DNA from: Antedon mediterranea
Taxonomy: Eukaryota > Animalia > Echinodermata
Assembly: GCF_964355755.1 (NCBI RefSeq)
Contig: NC_092672.1
Location: 2,542,001 to 2,606,000, forward strand
Direction: 5' to 3'
Length of the DNA stretch: 64,000 nt
A program made the translations under genes and the position numbers. The notes beneath the pieces are model-generated. The model saw only the letters and a list, made by a program, of their open reading frames with translations. It was not told where the DNA came from and did no database searches. This document shows, in pieces, positions 51,300 through 63,110 of this stretch (positions within the stretch are counted from its first letter, which is position 1; each line of letters opens with the position of its first letter).

Positions 51300-52980
51300 A
51301 TGGATCAGTTACCGTTTGCTGACGGAAGTGATACGGAGATTTCCGAGATGGAGGAGGATGTGCTCTTGGCTAGTCCGGGGGTACAGGAGGAACTGACGGT
51401 GGCTGGGAATACGGGAGGGGCTTGCCCGGCGGCGAGCACCCCAGCCAAGGGGAAACCGATCTGCCATCTGATGACCCCGAAAGAAGAGGCAGCGGCTGGG
51501 GATACGAGAGGGGCTTGCCCGGTGGCGAGCACCCCAGCCGAGCGGAAACTAAAATGCCATCTGGGATGTGGTCCAGTGAGCAACATACGGGTCCACGTCA
51601 CGAAGACGCATGCCCCGGCATGTTTCCGGCCACTGGAACGGAGTTCTTGGCGGAGGGCACGAGTGCAGTGGCGGGCACTCACCAGTTTGGCAGCGGAGGG
51701 CCTTGGTAAAGGCAGAACACCAGAGGACCTGAGATGTCTCCTGAACGCCCAGCACCTTATGGGGGATGGCACTGATGTCCTACCTCCGGATAGGAAAACT
51801 CGTAGTGCCATCCTTATGCTGACACGGGTGAATTGGGGGAAAGAGGCCCCCGCCTCTCACGATAGCTCCGGTTATCAGTCACCCGTCGGCTCTCATACAC
51901 TGGCGCTGTGTGATCGCTCTCATCGCCTCTTTTGGTGAGGAGTTGGTGAAGGAGTGTGGTCGTCGGGCTGAGGAGGAGGAGCCGGCAGTGGACCAGATCG
52001 CCAAAAAGTCGACAAAGAGAAGGGCGGCAGAGGGAGAACATGGAGAGCGACCGACCAAGCGCGATGCCCCGGCACCAAAGGATGGTAGATCAGTGGCGGC
52101 GCCACCGATTGTGCGGGGTACATCGGCTTCGCTTGGTTCGGCACCCAAAGTGTTCGATGCTTGTTTTCACCTGGACCGGTTGCAGAGGGACCTGCAGCTT
52201 TCCAGACGAGCGGACCTCTGGGACGTGGAGCGAGCGGTGCGGGTGAGGAGTGGAACACAGCCTGTGGAAGTGGTAGGCGAGATTGCCCTGTTTGGCGATC
52301 CAACCACTTACCCCACCGAGCGGGAGATTGGTGGACTGGCGAGGAACGGCTGTGCGGTGGGCTTGGGAGTGGCTCCTGGCTGCTCGCCGACAACGGTCCA
52401 ATTCGATAGGCTCCTGGCCTTAGCCCGAACTCGAGATGTTCGAGTAATCGGGAGAGTGGGATTGGACCATTCGGCCCCGCCTACAGATTGGCCGAGACAA
52501 GATCTGCTGCTAAAGAGGGTGTTGGGTCGTTGCTTGGACGGCCGCCACCACCGCATCCTGTGTCTTGAAGTCTCTGGAGTTCAAGGCGATGTCGCTGGGG
52601 AGGAGTGCCACTATCGCGTCTTGGACATCTTGCGTCTAAGTCGTGTGTCGAAGGAACAGCGTCTGCTTCTGGCAGACTACGCTTCCACGGAAGCCGTAGC
52701 CACCGCCTACCTTCGACATTTCCCCAGGACATACTTTAGCGTGACCAGTCGAGTGACGGGCTTTACGGCCGATCAACGCAAGGGCCTGCGTTTCATCGCT
52801 ACCAATGAAGATCGGCGATTGCTGATGGGGTCCAACGGACCGGATTATCCTCCTGCCGGATACCCAGTTGGAGCACCTCATCTGCTGTGGGCGACCGCCG
52901 TCGCCGTGGGACAGGTGCTCGACCGGAGCCCCAGGCAGGTCACTGATCTGACATGGAAGAACGGTCGAGATCTCCTTTGA
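51300..52980 (+). CDS. Zn-finger-like + TatD-fold protein inside the LTR, frameshifted near ~51855
   Basis: ORF 51300- has CHLGC..IRVHVTKTH; the +1 frame continues ..HPSALIHWRCVIAL.. into VFDACFHLD, GLGVAP, VIGRVGLD, YFSV, RLLMGSNGPD, VTDLTWKNGRDLL, in TatD motif order; acceptor CTTCTCTTCTTCCTCAG 2 nt before ATG. Confidence 0.75.
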
Positions 52981-53734
52981 GCCCCTGGCTCACCCACAAC
53001 CAGAAGTTTTCAGTTTTCCAGAAGTTTTCCGTTTCAAAAGAACATGGTTCTGTTTTACATTTATTTTCATTTATATCTTTCAGGTATCTAGGGAAGCGGA
53101 GGACGGTGCTACAGGCATGTCCCACGGCTAGTGACTACCTGAAGGGATCGTTGGAAGCGGTCTACATAGCTACGGGTATTGGGTATTTTTTCACGTACGA
53201 AAATCACCCGGTTTACCCCCGAGGTGGATCCAGGACGGGGTGCCCGCTTTTCAAACACGGGAGGAGTGTTGTGAACGGCGCCCGCTGGGTAAACAGACCA
53301 CCCCGCCGACCGAACGAGGGCGTCGCCCCGATAGCTTGATTTGCATACAGGGGGTATGCAAATGTTAACGTGGGACCTTGACGCCGCCCGAGCTGGTCTA
53401 TTCGAAGCAGGAACCAAGGAGAAACGGACACAACCGGAATTGACCCAAGATATTTGGATTTACTGCTTACGGATACTTGTGTGATTTAGGACAAGCGGGA
53501 CTGTTAAGGTAAGCCTAGTAGCTTTCATTACCAGGCCATTCCAGCACCGACCTAAAATCACAACACAGTAGTTTGTGAAAATGATGAAAGAATAAATTTT
53601 TTTTTATATATATATAGGGCTTAGGCTAGGCCTATATAACTTTATTCACAATTGATTGAATATATATTTATACTGAGTAACCTCTTCAGTCAAAGACTGG
53701 TCTCCCAGAGGGCCCAGTTGGTGATCAGTGGCTG

Positions 53735-53963
53735 TGATGTACTAATACACCGGGGTAACCCCCTACTCGTCTCGAAAGATGTACTAGGTTCTTTAAAGTG
53801 CACACGAGCTAGATGTGTACACTGGACCTACGGTTTATAGTCCTTATCCGAGAAGACTCGTTCTACCACCAGAACCATGGAGTGAGTGAGCCTCGAACCC
53901 CTGCCGATGTTATGGCTACGTAATTACGGTTCCACTGTCTTAACCGCTCGGCCACTCACTCCC
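53735..53963 (-). mobile_element. tRNA-derived SINE with Deu/Nin-like central domain
   Basis: Head GGAGTGAGTGGCCGAGCGGTTAAG...GGTTCGAGGC; body GGATAAGGACTATAAACCGTAGGTCC...TAAAGAACC...TTCGAGACGAGTAGGGG.TT.CCCCGGTG. Confidence 0.8.
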
Positions 53964-56900
53964 AGGTATAGTCTGGGCTCCAGACGGAGTTTTTTCTTAA
54001 TATTAGTAAAAATATAAATATTTTTGCACATATGGCGTTTCATGCGTGTATTACTTGAGTTTGGATACTCCGTCTGGGGAAACACGCAAAAGTCACGTGG
54101 TTTGACACCAAGAATTCTTGGTGCATAGATTATCCGGTTGACTAGTTTCAGCTGCATGCGATTGGCTACTCACTCGTACACTGTTTTAATATTCATATTT
54201 CAGAATTTCAAAGACTCAACAACAAAGATGGTACATGGTACGCATGCGCTATGTTACGTTTAGACAATGTGTACTTTGGGTACATTGATGAAAGTTTTTG
54301 AAGGCTAGAAAGGATTTTATATGGATCATTTAATCAGGGAGATGTAATTTACATCTCCCTGATTTAATATTACGCAGAGATAATTTGATTTAATTCCCAC
54401 CCAGACCTGTCCTGTTCTGTGTAGTAGTGGTGTAGCCCTGTTGTGTGTGAATCCTGTTGTGTGCCGGTGGTGGTATTATGTAGGCCTACCTTATTGGCGT
54501 TTTATTTGGCAGGTCATACGTGCGAGTTGAGTAGGACCTACGAAGGAGGCCTAGGCTAAGGACTAAACAATTAATAAACAAAACAACTTGGCAACACGAT
54601 TTCATATTTTAACAATCTCGATCGTACATTCAGCACTGTACGTAGGCCTACTCGATCTTTTTCATTTTGAAACAAAATGATCATTGGTTGATTCGAAATC
54701 CATATTTACATACCGCCCGCCCCATATAGCGAAATACGGTATGATAACCTACGTCATTCTTATCGGATGTTTGCGGTCTGCAAATCTATTTCTATACGTG
54801 TTTCACGTGTATTTTCAGACAAAAATCCCGGTCGAAATAAAAACAAATAAATTATAAAAAAAACAATACAGACTTGGGGCAAGTCTATCTCAGGTAATAC
54901 AAAGTACATGCAAAATTAATTGAGGTTGTGAACGGGGTAAAGCTGTAAGCTAATGCTTTAGACGCAAAGCCCCTTAATGAATGATTGGAGGTAGGCCTAT
55001 TGCTAGGCCTATATGGTGTTAACTGTTATTATAGGGAGATAGGCTATGCTATGTGCAATTTGAACAATAAGCTTACATTGATAAATAATGCCAGTTAGGC
55101 CATGGAGTAATTACTCCATGGTTAGGCCTAGAAAAAATGTAAAATAAAACGATTTGGCTATAGGCCTATAATAATGTTTTTATAAGAGAGATGATAAATT
55201 ATTGAGACGGAAAAAGACTTTAAGTTTAAGAGAAAGAGTGATCCGCTCGCCGCCAAGTGAATGAGTGTTGTCTGAGGAGTGCTGATGAGTGAACAAAGCT
55301 TCCCCTTTTATGCCTACTACGTTTCCTGTTTATTAACACTGTATTTTGTGTTCAACAAATTGTGCAGCGCAAGGAAATCCTTGCACAATTTGTTCTAACA
55401 ATGGCATTATATTTATAAATAAAGGATTTAAAATCATTCATTTTTTTACATTATTTTGGTTAAAATAAACTAGGCTCTAGGTCTAGGCCTATAATAATGC
55501 TAGGCATACTTTTATTTATTATACACTTTTGGTAATTCTAGTCTGACCATAGATGGATATATTGTTTTGTTTAGTTGAGTCATTTCTTATTTCCTAGTGT
55601 GGTAGGGGATGTCACAGCTCAAAAACAAACAAATTATTAAATTATTAATTACAATTTCAAAAATCACCATATGATATTTATAATAATAGTGTAATAATAT
55701 TAATAAAGGTGTCAGCCAAACGTTTGTGCCGGCATTCTCATCTTTATTACATACAGATAGCAACTTGTCGGCTTCAGGTAGCCTTTCCAAGTGTTTTTTT
55801 TAATTAATCTTTTTTTCTTTTATACAAGACCTTAACCAAAAACAGTGTAGAATTATCGTGCTGTACAGTATAAACAGGCCCTTAGTACTGTACTTTAAAT
55901 AGTAACAATATGCTTGAATTAATGTGCCCTGTTTGAATGGGTCATTAAATACCTAGACCTAAATGGGTGTTTCACCGACAGAATAAATAGTAAATCAGAC
56001 TAAACAATAATAAATTAAAATGTAAACTGTTTTTGAGAAAAAAGGCAATGAATATCAATGAAACTAATATAATAAAACCTCTATTAAGGGGTCATCTCCA
56101 GGACCCAAGAAGTGTCCCGTTTACAGGGTGCCCCTGATTAGAGGCATCCCAACGTAGGAGTTCTACTGTTAACTCAATAATAATAATACATCCCATGTTT
56201 GTCCCTCTACACCATCTCAACAGGAAAACGTCTTTGCTGAGTGCGTATCCTTAATCCTACTAATCCCAATACTAATAGTGTGATCAAACTAATCCATCAT
56301 GACTCATTAGGACTGCGGTTTGGTAGACCACCACCTGTAAATCCTATACAATCAATTCTATTTATAGTAGTAAACAAATTGTTTATTTGCGGTTATACAT
56401 TGACAAACAATTTCCACTTGAATAATGGATTACCGGTGGTTAATGCATCAATTACCATACTTAACTACATTACTACCGGTATCATTAAAGTATTGTATTA
56501 ATTACGTAATTTGTGGGTTTTATTTAAGATCAATTTAACAATTTACTAGATCTATCATTCATGCATTAAATTAAAGTTTATTTGCTGACAATTCAACTGC
56601 AAAGTAGAATTATATTTACTGTATAATTATTATTTCTTTATTTAATGTTTTTTTTATAGAAAAAACTATGATGAGAATAAATGTTGGCATCAAACAGGAT
56701 TTGAACCAAAGAGCTTGGAAGTGGTAGGTAAGCTGATACTTACTGTATGGCATTATTTGGTATGAATAGACCTTCGTATCCATCTTTATCATGCCCTCCT
56801 TCTTATGGTGAGTTTTTCCACATAAATTAATCCAAATGCCAAATCTTTAGTGTATTTTTACTCTAGCGCCCTCTGTACAGTATTTTTTTCCTCTCTGCAA

Positions 56901-58775
56901 TGCCTATATTGTAGATTGTTTTCAACTGCCCTGGCAAGGGCCGATTCCTCTTAATTATTTTTTCCCAAATATGCTGCCTACTTTAAAAAAAAATATCACT
57001 TGATCACATAATTCAACTTATCACATGACTACTTTTGCATTGTATAAAAGTCTGAATTAATACAGTCAGTTCTCCCAATACTGTACTCTCCAGAAACTAG
57101 AAACGCTTCCAAAACCAGACTTCTCTTTTTTTTAACCATTAAAAACACATTCTGAATATCAGAATTTCCTGAAATCCAGACATATTAGACCATTTCAAAA
57201 GTGTTCGGTATCGGTGAGTGAGATGCTGAGATAAAAGATGCAATAAGTGGTTCCAGTAAATGCCTTTTTACTATACTTGTATGTGCTTTCATACATTTTT
57301 ATAGAACATGTAGGCCTACTGTAAATGTAATAACATCAATAACAAACACGTGCCACCATATTTTTTCATAGAACAAGTAAACAGGTGACTGCCACCACAC
57401 ACTTTCATGGTACTAGCTACTTGCGTTACCACACATTTTCCACATAAATGTACAGTAGTATTAATAAATGCCTCCATTCTTGTTCATAGAACATGTAGGC
57501 CTAGTGTAACATCACTAACATGTGTCACCACATTTGTTCATGGAACACATAAGCTTAATACTTTATCAGGTGACTGCCACCGCACACTTTCATGGTACTA
57601 GCTACTTGCGTTACCACACATTTTCCACATAAATGTAGTAATAATAAATGTGCCTCCATACTTTTTCATAGAACATGGAACATCACTAACACGTGTTGTC
57701 AAACATTTTCGTGGAAAATGTGACATAAACACCAGTTCTGCACATTTTGTCCACTGGGAAAAATGTTACAGAAAAACATGTGCTAATTCTTGGTTTTTAA
57801 AAGGAAGTTATGTTTTCTCAATCATTGTAGTTGGTGGTGTTATATTGACGTCAATCACGATCTTTTCCTCTATCGGCTAATCCGTCACACCTACAACAAT
57901 AAAAAAGTTTGGATTACTTCCGAAACTTCCATCCATCGTCAATAACCAACTCGTAGGTCATGCTCCTTACTTGCACCTGTTTTATCATTATGTCCTGGTA
58001 TAGTTGACTTAAATCAAGGTCACCCTGTTTGCTATAATCCTAAACTGGTTTGTGATTTTAATCTTTAAATATTCGCCTAACATGTAATCTTTTTATAACA
58101 TCTGTATTATAAATAATTATCTAAGTACTGTATTCAGTAAAACATATATTAGTACAATAGAATCCCTTCTTTCACCATCCCTATTAAAGGGACACTTCCC
58201 CTTGAAACGAGCAAGGGGGAAGTATGTAGTAATACTCTGATGGCTAAACAACCCTATTCATTGTTGGGTCCAAACGGTGTCCCCTTAATAGAGGCACTAC
58301 TGTATCCCATCCAGGTTCGATTTGTGAATTTTGTTCAAACTTTATTAAACAATTATTTTCTCCATTAAAAAAATGAAGTAAAATCTATAAAAAAAAATGT
58401 TTTAAATTATATAACATGATTAAATTGATCAAAATTCTTGTAATTACAAACTTCAAAGAAACTTTATTTTACTTTACATGAATATTAATATCTTCACCTG
58501 ATTGGTCCATTTTGATACATCACCTAATAACAAAGCACTCAACCAATCATAGAATCCCAGTCACACATGAGCGCTTTGTCATGCTTCAGTGAATCTGACT
58601 TGTATAAATCCATTTTACATAGGTGAAGTAATCTTATTTACAATAGAATCGTCTAAACTGAACCTTGACAAGTCGTTGTCTCTTTGGATTTTTTATTTAA
58701 TAGTGGTTGTCGCTTTGATCTACATACAATAACGATTGGTATTTCTGTGCAGTTTATATAGAGTTTGTTTTCAAC

Positions 58776-58849
58776 ATGGCCTATTCTGGCCCTTTATCTC
58801 TCACTTGTTTTTTGTGTCTTCTAACATTTTCAACTGGCACAATACCCAG
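58776..58849 (+). CDS. Probable first coding exon (signal peptide) of an unidentified gene
   Basis: CAACATGG Kozak; MAYSGPLSLTCFLCLLTFSTGTIP; AG/GTAAGT donor; CCAAT at ~58543; no downstream exon found in the window. Confidence 0.5.
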
Positions 58850-61574
58850 GTAAGTTTACTAATCAGTTGTCCTGCCTAAGGGCATTATACCGGCATGAAG
58901 TTATAGATAGAGGCTGTCTACAGGTTGTCTTAAGTAAATAACTTTACGTGGGTCTATCATTAATTACTAGCTCCGCATGACATTCATGTTCCCGCATTTC
59001 TAATTTAATTTCTGATACAATTTTCTTTTTTTAGAAGAAGGTGAAATTACTAAATTGTTTGAATTTGAACGTTAGGGTAATCCCTAGTACTATTTTAAGA
59101 TATTAAAAAAATGTATTTTTTTAGTAAAAGAACCCCATACGGTACTTCCTCAAGTCTAAAAACGATCCCCTTTTTACAATTATAGTACAGTGAAAATAAA
59201 TCGAAATATACGTACTGTAACTATACACGTTTGTTTTATTTAAGCCTCAATTATCTGTATTTAATTTTTATTTGAACTTGATAGAATTTTTAAAATATGA
59301 TTCACAAAATTACCTGGCCTTGGCCTCTCATTTTCCAGTACATAACAAGTGTTGTTACAAATATTATAAATTATTATATCTTTACAATAAGACACAATCT
59401 ACAGCAGTACTTAGGTAAAAGCCAGTAAGGGCGTTTTGAAAGTTTTTGAAACCCTCCTTTTTTCTGCCCCCATCTGGTTTATATGAAAAGAAAAAGATAA
59501 TATTCATAAAGAAATGTACTGTATTACTGTATGTTGTATTGTGTAGATTGTACTTTAACTATGGCTTGTTTACCTGTAAGGCTAAATACATTTTAATTTG
59601 AAAAATATTTTGTTTTTGTGCCAGAATAATTGCTGTATTCATAGTATTGATTGGCTCTTCCTTTTATTCGTTCCATTGTCACCATCAATAATCAAACTCC
59701 ATTCATTTTCTTTGATCTTCCACTAACTGTTGAAAAAGAATAGCCCAGGAAATGATATTCAAGATCAGGGTTAATATGACTATGAGATCTAAACAAACGG
59801 TGGCTTATTAAATCTAGTTCGGTCACTCCCACAGTGAAGCTAAAATCTGACCGCTGCATTTCCCCCTGCTAAGACCTTTACAAGCCATTGAGATTCTTAT
59901 CTTTAAAATTACAGATACCGTATTTAGCATAATAATAATCTAAACTTTTCTACAAACAATTAATTTCTGTTGAGTTTCTCGACGTTTCGATCAATATGCT
60001 TTGAGTGAGAATGCAGAAAGTCCAGGAAACTGAGAAAACTCAACAGTTCTTTTCAGAATTAATATACAGTAGTTGGCGTACCACAAACTTTATATCAACA
60101 TTTGATTTCGCCATGCAAACCTTTAAGCATTATTTAATTCTTCCTTAAAAAAATAATGTTTAATACTCTATTTTAAATCTACAGTAAACATATATTGATC
60201 AAATTAAAAGAAAATAAGTATGTACTTTAAGAATGTAAATTAAATATTATAAAATGTTTTTGTAATAAAGAAAGCAATGATTTACCACATGTACAGTATT
60301 CCCCAAAAAAATGTCAAATCTATTTACCATATAAATACTGTAAATTTATGTTGAAGAATGAGTTACATTGTGAACTATATATGTCAATGACCTAAACAAA
60401 TGTCATATCAATCAATGTTCGACATGAAAATATGTTTTGCAATGTTTTTATGCAATTTTCTATAAAAAAATTAAAGTGCAAATTTTTGTTATTACCATGT
60501 GTTATTTTTATACATGATATTTTGGGTTTTCAAATTATAATGTCAACTAAAATTGACATTGCTTGTTTATTTATGACAACTGTATTGTCAAGTTATTAGT
60601 GTTTTACAATTTCCTTTATAAACCACATTTATCCTGTATTGACACCTAGGACTATATTAAAGCACTCACAGTGTAACTATTATATCCCGCTATCCTATTA
60701 GAAGAATGCCCTATTCATTCATTTATCAATGATCTAATCATAATTCCGTGTCATTATGATGATCAATATTAGATACGTTATAAATGATGTTGATAGTCAT
60801 ACCCAAAAATACCAAAATAACATTTATTCTTGTTATCAGTGTAGATTTAGAAATTTCTAATTATAAATTGATATTAACAAAACTTTTTAATATGAATGTG
60901 AAATTTTGTGAAACTTTATTTATAGTAATTTGATAAAAAAAAACTCCAATGGGTGTATTTTTAAACAGGTGAATGTCTCGTTTAGTTTCTAACTGGACTT
61001 GAGCTACTGTATGAAGAAATGAGGTCCGAATCCTTAGATACCACCAATATAGCTTTTAATTTTTATTGAGCCACGCTTTAAAAAAAATCATATTTTATCA
61101 TTTTCTAATCATTTACTTGTGTTTATGATGATATGAGCTATGCCAAGCAACAAACAGGATTGCATTCTTTTAGGAATTCAGCTTTCATCAATTTAGATTA
61201 GAACGAGATAAAGGTAATTAAACACGCAATTAAATTTTTAAGAGGAAGAGATTTACAGTTAATTAAACAGGAAATTTGCTCCTTTTTAAGACTAAGTACT
61301 GAACCTAGAGAATTGCATGACAGAAATCACCAGTAGGTTTCAACGGTCTGATTACCTTTCAAACTAGTTTCATTCAATGAATGTCCTATTACTTTAGTCA
61401 GTTCAATAATGTTGCTTTGGTTTAGGAGATTATGGTATAATTGTGAGGAATGTGACGTACTGTGAGTGATATCAATATTTTGATTTGGTTTATTTTTGTT
61501 GTTTATTGAAGTTGATTAAATACAATTACTGTACAAGTCTTTGGGAATGGAGTTGTACATTGTCCTTAGAAACG

Positions 61575-61645
61575 ATCCTGACGTGAGAGGACTTGAACCC
61601 AGGACCATTGGATTTGTAGCCAAGCATCATAACCACCAAGCTAAA
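61575..61645 (-). mobile_element. Degenerate tRNA-derived SINE head
   Basis: TAGCTTGGTGGTTA (A-box-like)...GGGTTCAAGTCC (B-box-like). Confidence 0.45.
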
Positions 61646-62599
61646 ACTCCACTAAAAAATTTAAGAATTTAACCACAAAAAATAGTGGACAAAAATGTTT
61701 TACAGTAGATAGCTTATCTATTGTCTACACTATCAAACTTTATGTGACAAAAAGATGTGATGTGCCCATATATGGACATGATGATGTCATATTACTACCA
61801 TATTTAAACAAATCACTACCAATACCATATTTGGGCACATCACACTTTTTTTTTGTCAAACTAGTTTGATAGTGTAGACAGTGCTTAAATGGGGAGGGAG
61901 TGACAATATTGAGTTGTACTGTTGAGGTCCATCGCCCTGATTGACGATGACAAGGTTGTGTTGTTCTGTTGAGGGAGTGACAATATTGAGTTGTTCTGTT
62001 CAGGTCCACCGCCCTGATTGACGATGACAAGGTGTTGTAGTTACTATAATAAAAGCATTCAGACAAAAAATATCCCTACTCAACTATATTACCAATAACA
62101 AAATTTAAATCAGTTAAGCAAAAAGTAAATTGGGACTGGACCATTTTAGAGGTGCTTACCACCTGTTGGTCCTATCCTTCATTAATTATATTACCGTAAG
62201 TGTTTTGTATGTTCTATACATTTTAGTGAGAAGTAAGTTAAATAAATTTTTTTTAAAGCCATGCTAAACTAAGAGATTTTCATTTTGTGGCAGCTGTAAT
62301 AACGAGTATTAATAAAGTTTACAAAACCAGAACTATTGAAAATAATATTGACATTTGCCATTTAAATTAAAACGGTAATTCTGTACGATGTTTGTGCATT
62401 ATTTTCAACCATTAAATAACTAACTGGTTATATCATTAATATCAATTTGTAATATGATATTAGTTATTATTATAATGGATTGCATACTGACGTAAAACGA
62501 ATGATATATCCATACTTAACAGTAAACATGATACATTATAAAAATTGTTTACTCGAAAATTTATAATTAAAAGTGATCGATAAATTCTATTTTAAGGTA

Positions 62600-63110
62600 A
62601 TTGTAAATAATTTTAAAGATGATATTATATAGGACGATATCAGTAATATGAAATCAGTTACATTTCTTTAACAATTAACGGTGTTTCTAAATAAAAGTCA
62701 TCAATAGATTCTATTTAAACAATTTTAAAGAAATATGATCATAACATTTTAAAAAGGACGACATTAATAATATGAAATCAGTTACACATTTCTTTAACAA
62801 TTTGAACAGTTTTTTGAAGTAATCGATTTCAAGAAAATTTTAAACAATTTAAAAGAAATATGGTAATATAGGACGCTATCAGTAATATGAAATTAGTTAT
62901 ATTTCTGTAACAATTAACAGTGTTTCTAAATAAAAGTCATCAATAGATTCTATTTAAACAATTTTAAAGAAATATGATCATAAAATTTTTAAAACGACGA
63001 CATTAGTAAATATGAAATCAGTTACATTTCTTTAACAATTTGAACAGTTTTTTGAAGTAATCGATTTCAAGAAAATTGTAAACAATTTAAAAAAGAAATA
63101 TGGTAATATA
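62600..63110. repeat. AT-rich ~240-bp tandem duplication with ~120-bp sub-repeat
   Basis: TAATATGAAATCAGTTACATTTCTTTAACAATT recurs at ~62645, 62768, 62883, 63010. Confidence 0.85.

Larger units (their letters stand above)
45776..53565 (+). mobile_element. Non-autonomous Gypsy-like LTR retrotransposon with asymmetric LTRs
   Basis: TG...CA ends (TGTTGTGA/TCACAACA), 4-bp TSD CAGT (45772-45775, 53566-53569), PBS, PPT, gag-like ORF, no RT/RNaseH/integrase core seen. Confidence 0.92.
50879..53565 (+). repeat. 3' LTR (2687 bp) containing coding cargo
   Basis: Begins after the PPT with TGTTGTGAAAGGGGTC, ends TCACAACA before the TSD; both ends match the 5' LTR. Confidence 0.9.

Noticed and set aside
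50995-53416. Bacterial contamination or horizontally acquired tatD island (GC jump)
   Set aside because: Enclosed by LTR ends, carries a eukaryotic PHD finger and spliceosomal acceptors, and the element has a TSD in host DNA
50995-53416. Missing 5' LTR segment as a precisely spliced intron
   Set aside because: Removing GT..AG would give TTCTT-GAGAAAC, but the 5' LTR reads TTCTTAGGAGAAAC, and the donor context is poor
51305-53431. Many minus-strand and alternative-frame ORFs
   Set aside because: Expected shadows in GC-rich coding DNA; no motifs of their own
45776-53565. DIRS/Ngaro-type split direct repeats
   Set aside because: TG..CA ends, PBS, PPT and a 4-bp TSD fit an integrase-type LTR element; no tyrosine recombinase seen
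59975-60130. Possible Penelope terminal remnant (minus-strand GATCGAAACGTCGAG)
   Set aside because: CUGANGA half is absent; too degraded to call
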